From positions 1,426,001 through 1,490,000 of the forward strand of contig NC_090361.1 of NCBI RefSeq assembly GCF_035084215.1: DNA of 64,000 nucleotides, given 5' to 3'. The stretch is from Heptranchias perlo (taxonomy: Eukaryota). Every line of letters begins with the position of its first letter. The stretch's first letter is position 1. A model generated the notes under the pieces. It saw only the letters and a list, made by a program, of their open reading frames with translations, ran no database searches and was not told where the DNA came from. Below are positions 61,797 to 64,000 of the stretch, piece after piece. A program made the translations under genes and the position numbers.

Positions 61797-61996
61797 NNNN
61801 NNNNNNNNNNNNNNNNNNNNNNNNNNNNNNNNNNNNNNNNNNNNNNNNNNNNNNNNNNNNNNNNNNNNNNNNNNNNNNNNNNNNNNNNNNNNNNNNNNNN
61901 NNNNNNNNNNNNNNNNNNNNNNNNNNNNNNNNNNNNNNNNNNNNNNNNNNNNNNNNNNNNNNNNNNNNNNNNNNNNNNNNNNNNNNNNNNNNNNNN
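61797..61996. other. Assembly gap (200 N)
   Basis: Run of N interrupting a WDR83 exon; the round length suggests unknown true size. Confidence 0.99.
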
Positions 61997-62480
61997 TCTC
62001 TCCCTCCTGGTAACGGGGCCCAGGGGTACTGTACCCGCTCTCCCCCCCTGGTAACGGGGCACAGGGGGGGGTACTGTACCCGCTCTCTCCCTCTCCCCCC
62101 TGGTGATGGGGCCCGGGGGGTACTGTACCCGCTCTCTCCCTCTCCTCCCTGGTAACGGGGCACGGGGGTACTGTACCCGCTCTCTCCCTCTCCCACTCGT
62201 AACGGGGCACGGGGGTACTGTACCCGCTCTCTCCCTCTCCCCCTGGTAACGGGCCCCGGGGGTACTGTACCCGCTCGCCCCCCTGGTAATGGGGCACGGG
62301 GGTACTGTACCCGCTCTCTCCCTCTCCCACTCGTAACGGGGCACGGGGGTACTGTACCCGCTCTCTCCCTCTCCCCCTGGTAACGGGGCCCGGGGGTACT
62401 GTACCCGCTCGCCCCCCCTGGTAACGGGGCCCGGGGATACTGTACCCGCTCTCTCCCTCTCCCCCCTGGTAACGGGGTAC
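61997..62480. repeat. About 42-52 bp C-rich tandem repeat at the contig end
   Basis: Unit core ctggtaacggggc(a/c)cgggggtactgtacccgctctctccctctcc. Confidence 0.9.
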
Positions 62481-62792
62481 GCTCATCATACCAGTCCTCC
62501 TCCCCCTCCGCCGACACTCTTGTTCCAGAGTCTCTGCTGCTCCTGACCTCCCGGTGATGGGCCAATCCCCGGACACAAGTTGAGTTGTACAAACACCAGA
62601 TGTTGCAGTCATGTTACTGTGAGGCCTCCAGCAGAATCGACTTACTCAAAAATATGAATAAAATATCATTTATCAGCTCTGAAGGAATTTTATGATTACT
62701 TTGAACCTTTTAATTGTGACTTTGGATCATTGAAACCGTGTTTTGTGTAAATGAAGGGAGGATGGACTTTGGGTGGGGTCGGCTGTAGCCAG

Positions 62793-63229
62793 GGGTCAGT
62801 CGTGGCTCAGTGGGTCTGAGTCAGAAGGTTGTGGGTTCATGTCCCACTCCAGGGAATTGAGCACATAATCCAGGCTGATACTCCCAGTGTGGTACTGAGG
62901 TAGCGCTGCCCTGTCAGAGGGTCAGTACTGGGGGAGCGCCGCCCTGTCGGAGGGTCAGTACTGAGGGAGCGCCGCCCTGTCGGAGGGTCAGTACTGAGGG
63001 AGCGCCGCCCTGTCGGAGGGTCAGTACTGAGGGAGTGCTGAACTGTCGGAGGGTCAGTACTGAGGGAGCGCCGCCCTGTCGGAGGGTCAGTACTGAGGGA
63101 GCGCCGCCCTGTCTTTTGGATGAGACATTAAGCCAAGGGCCCCGTCTGCCCCCTCAGGTGGACATAAAAGATCCAGGGCACTATGTGAAGAAGAGCAGGG
63201 GAGTTCTCCCCAGTGTCCTGGGCCAATAT
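62793..63229 (+). mobile_element. SacSINE1-like SINE, 5' part, with an internal 33-bp array (~62890-63112)
   Basis: Head cgtggctcagtggg...gggttcatgtcccactcc; about 6-7 array units; body continues to ggccaatatt. Confidence 0.85.
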
Positions 63230-63419
63230 TAGTTTGTCCATCCAGTATTCTCCGTCTGGGGGTCCATTCCAAGAACTTCCTGCCATCAGGCCTGAATTTG
63301 CCTCCAGGAGCCCGAGATTGCAGGCTGACCGGCCCGGGCGGTGTGGTGACCCAGGGGGCAAAGGTCACCCCTGCCAATCCCCCAAACCCTGAGTTGCCAA
63401 TCGCAGGGCAGAGGCACAT

Positions 63420-63790
63420 GGGAGGTCACCATCGGGTCAGCGAGGGGAGGTCACCGTCAGGTCACCAAGGGAAGGTCACCGAGGGGAGGTCACCGTCAAG
63501 GTCAGCGAGGGGAGGTCACCGTCAAGGTCAGCGAGGGGAGGTCACCGTCAAGGTCAGCGAGAGGAGGTCACTGTCAAGGTCAGCGAGGGCAGGTCACCGT
63601 CAAGGTCAGCGAGAGGAGGTCACTGTCAAGGTCAGCGAGGGCAGGTCACCGTCAAGGTCAGCGAGGGGAGGTCACCATCAGAGGTCACTGAGTAGAGGTC
63701 ACCGAGGGGAGGTCATCATCAGAGGTCATTGTCAGGTCACCTACGAGAGGTCACCATCAGGGGTCACCGAGGAGCGGTCACTGTCAGAGT
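63420..63790. repeat. 26-bp tandem repeat rich in AGGTCA
   Basis: Unit ggtcaccgtcaaggtcagcgagggga. Confidence 0.88.
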
Positions 63791-63894
63791 ACCCACCTAC
63801 CCCCCCCTCCCACCCACCCCTCCCCTGGGGGAGTGAAGAAAATACCTTTATTGAGGATATTTTGTCGTCGCTGAGAAACGAGGGAAATGAGGGT

Positions 63895-64000
63895 CAGAAT
63901 TAAGCGGCCAATAGATCAGGGTCAAGGGTTAGAGGTGAGGTGCGGCATCAGCAATGCGCCTGCGCACATCCCCACAATGCTGTGCGTTGCTTCAACATGG
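63895..64000 (+). promoter_or_regulatory. Promoter-like motif cluster with a possible ATG at 63997
   Basis: CCAAT ~63908, NRF1-like tgcgcctgcgca 63955-63966, ZNF143-like cccacaatgc 63971-63980, caacATGG at the edge. The gene cannot be identified from the window. Confidence 0.4.

Noticed and set aside
62480-63420. Coding exons in unique sequence after the gap
   Set aside because: The frames I read resemble no protein I recognise, and no convincing splice-site pairs flank them.

Overview
Eukaryotic, intron-containing vertebrate DNA, most likely a cartilaginous fish (shark), inferred from SacSINE1-like Deu-SINEs, abundant CR1/L2-type LINEs and many GC-rich minisatellites. Five protein-coding genes can be built exon by exon with GT-AG splice sites: the 3' end of TNPO2 (+), complete FBXW9 (+, 470 aa), a complete 72-aa G-protein gamma subunit (-, GNG12-like in sequence, GNG14 by position), complete DHPS (+, 365-370 aa) and the 3' part of WDR83 (-), cut by a 200-N gap. 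A promoter-like motif cluster lies at the right edge. As I recall it, this order and orientation match human 19p13. Most long ORFs in the supplied track are LINE remnants or stop-free tandem repeats. I found no prokaryotic-type system, CRISPR array or RNA gene, and cannot claim a new biological system. The best leads are: the intact CAAX-bearing GNG14 with a 2.1-kb 3'UTR minisatellite and a LINE 7 nt from its splice donor; interleaved DHPS/WDR83 poly(A) signals; a 1-nt WDR83 frameshift that a nearby alternative donor would correct; a 33-bp minisatellite repeatedly arising from one SINE segment; and tandem arrays built from nuclear-receptor response elements. Comparisons to human or Dfam sequences are from memory and need checking.
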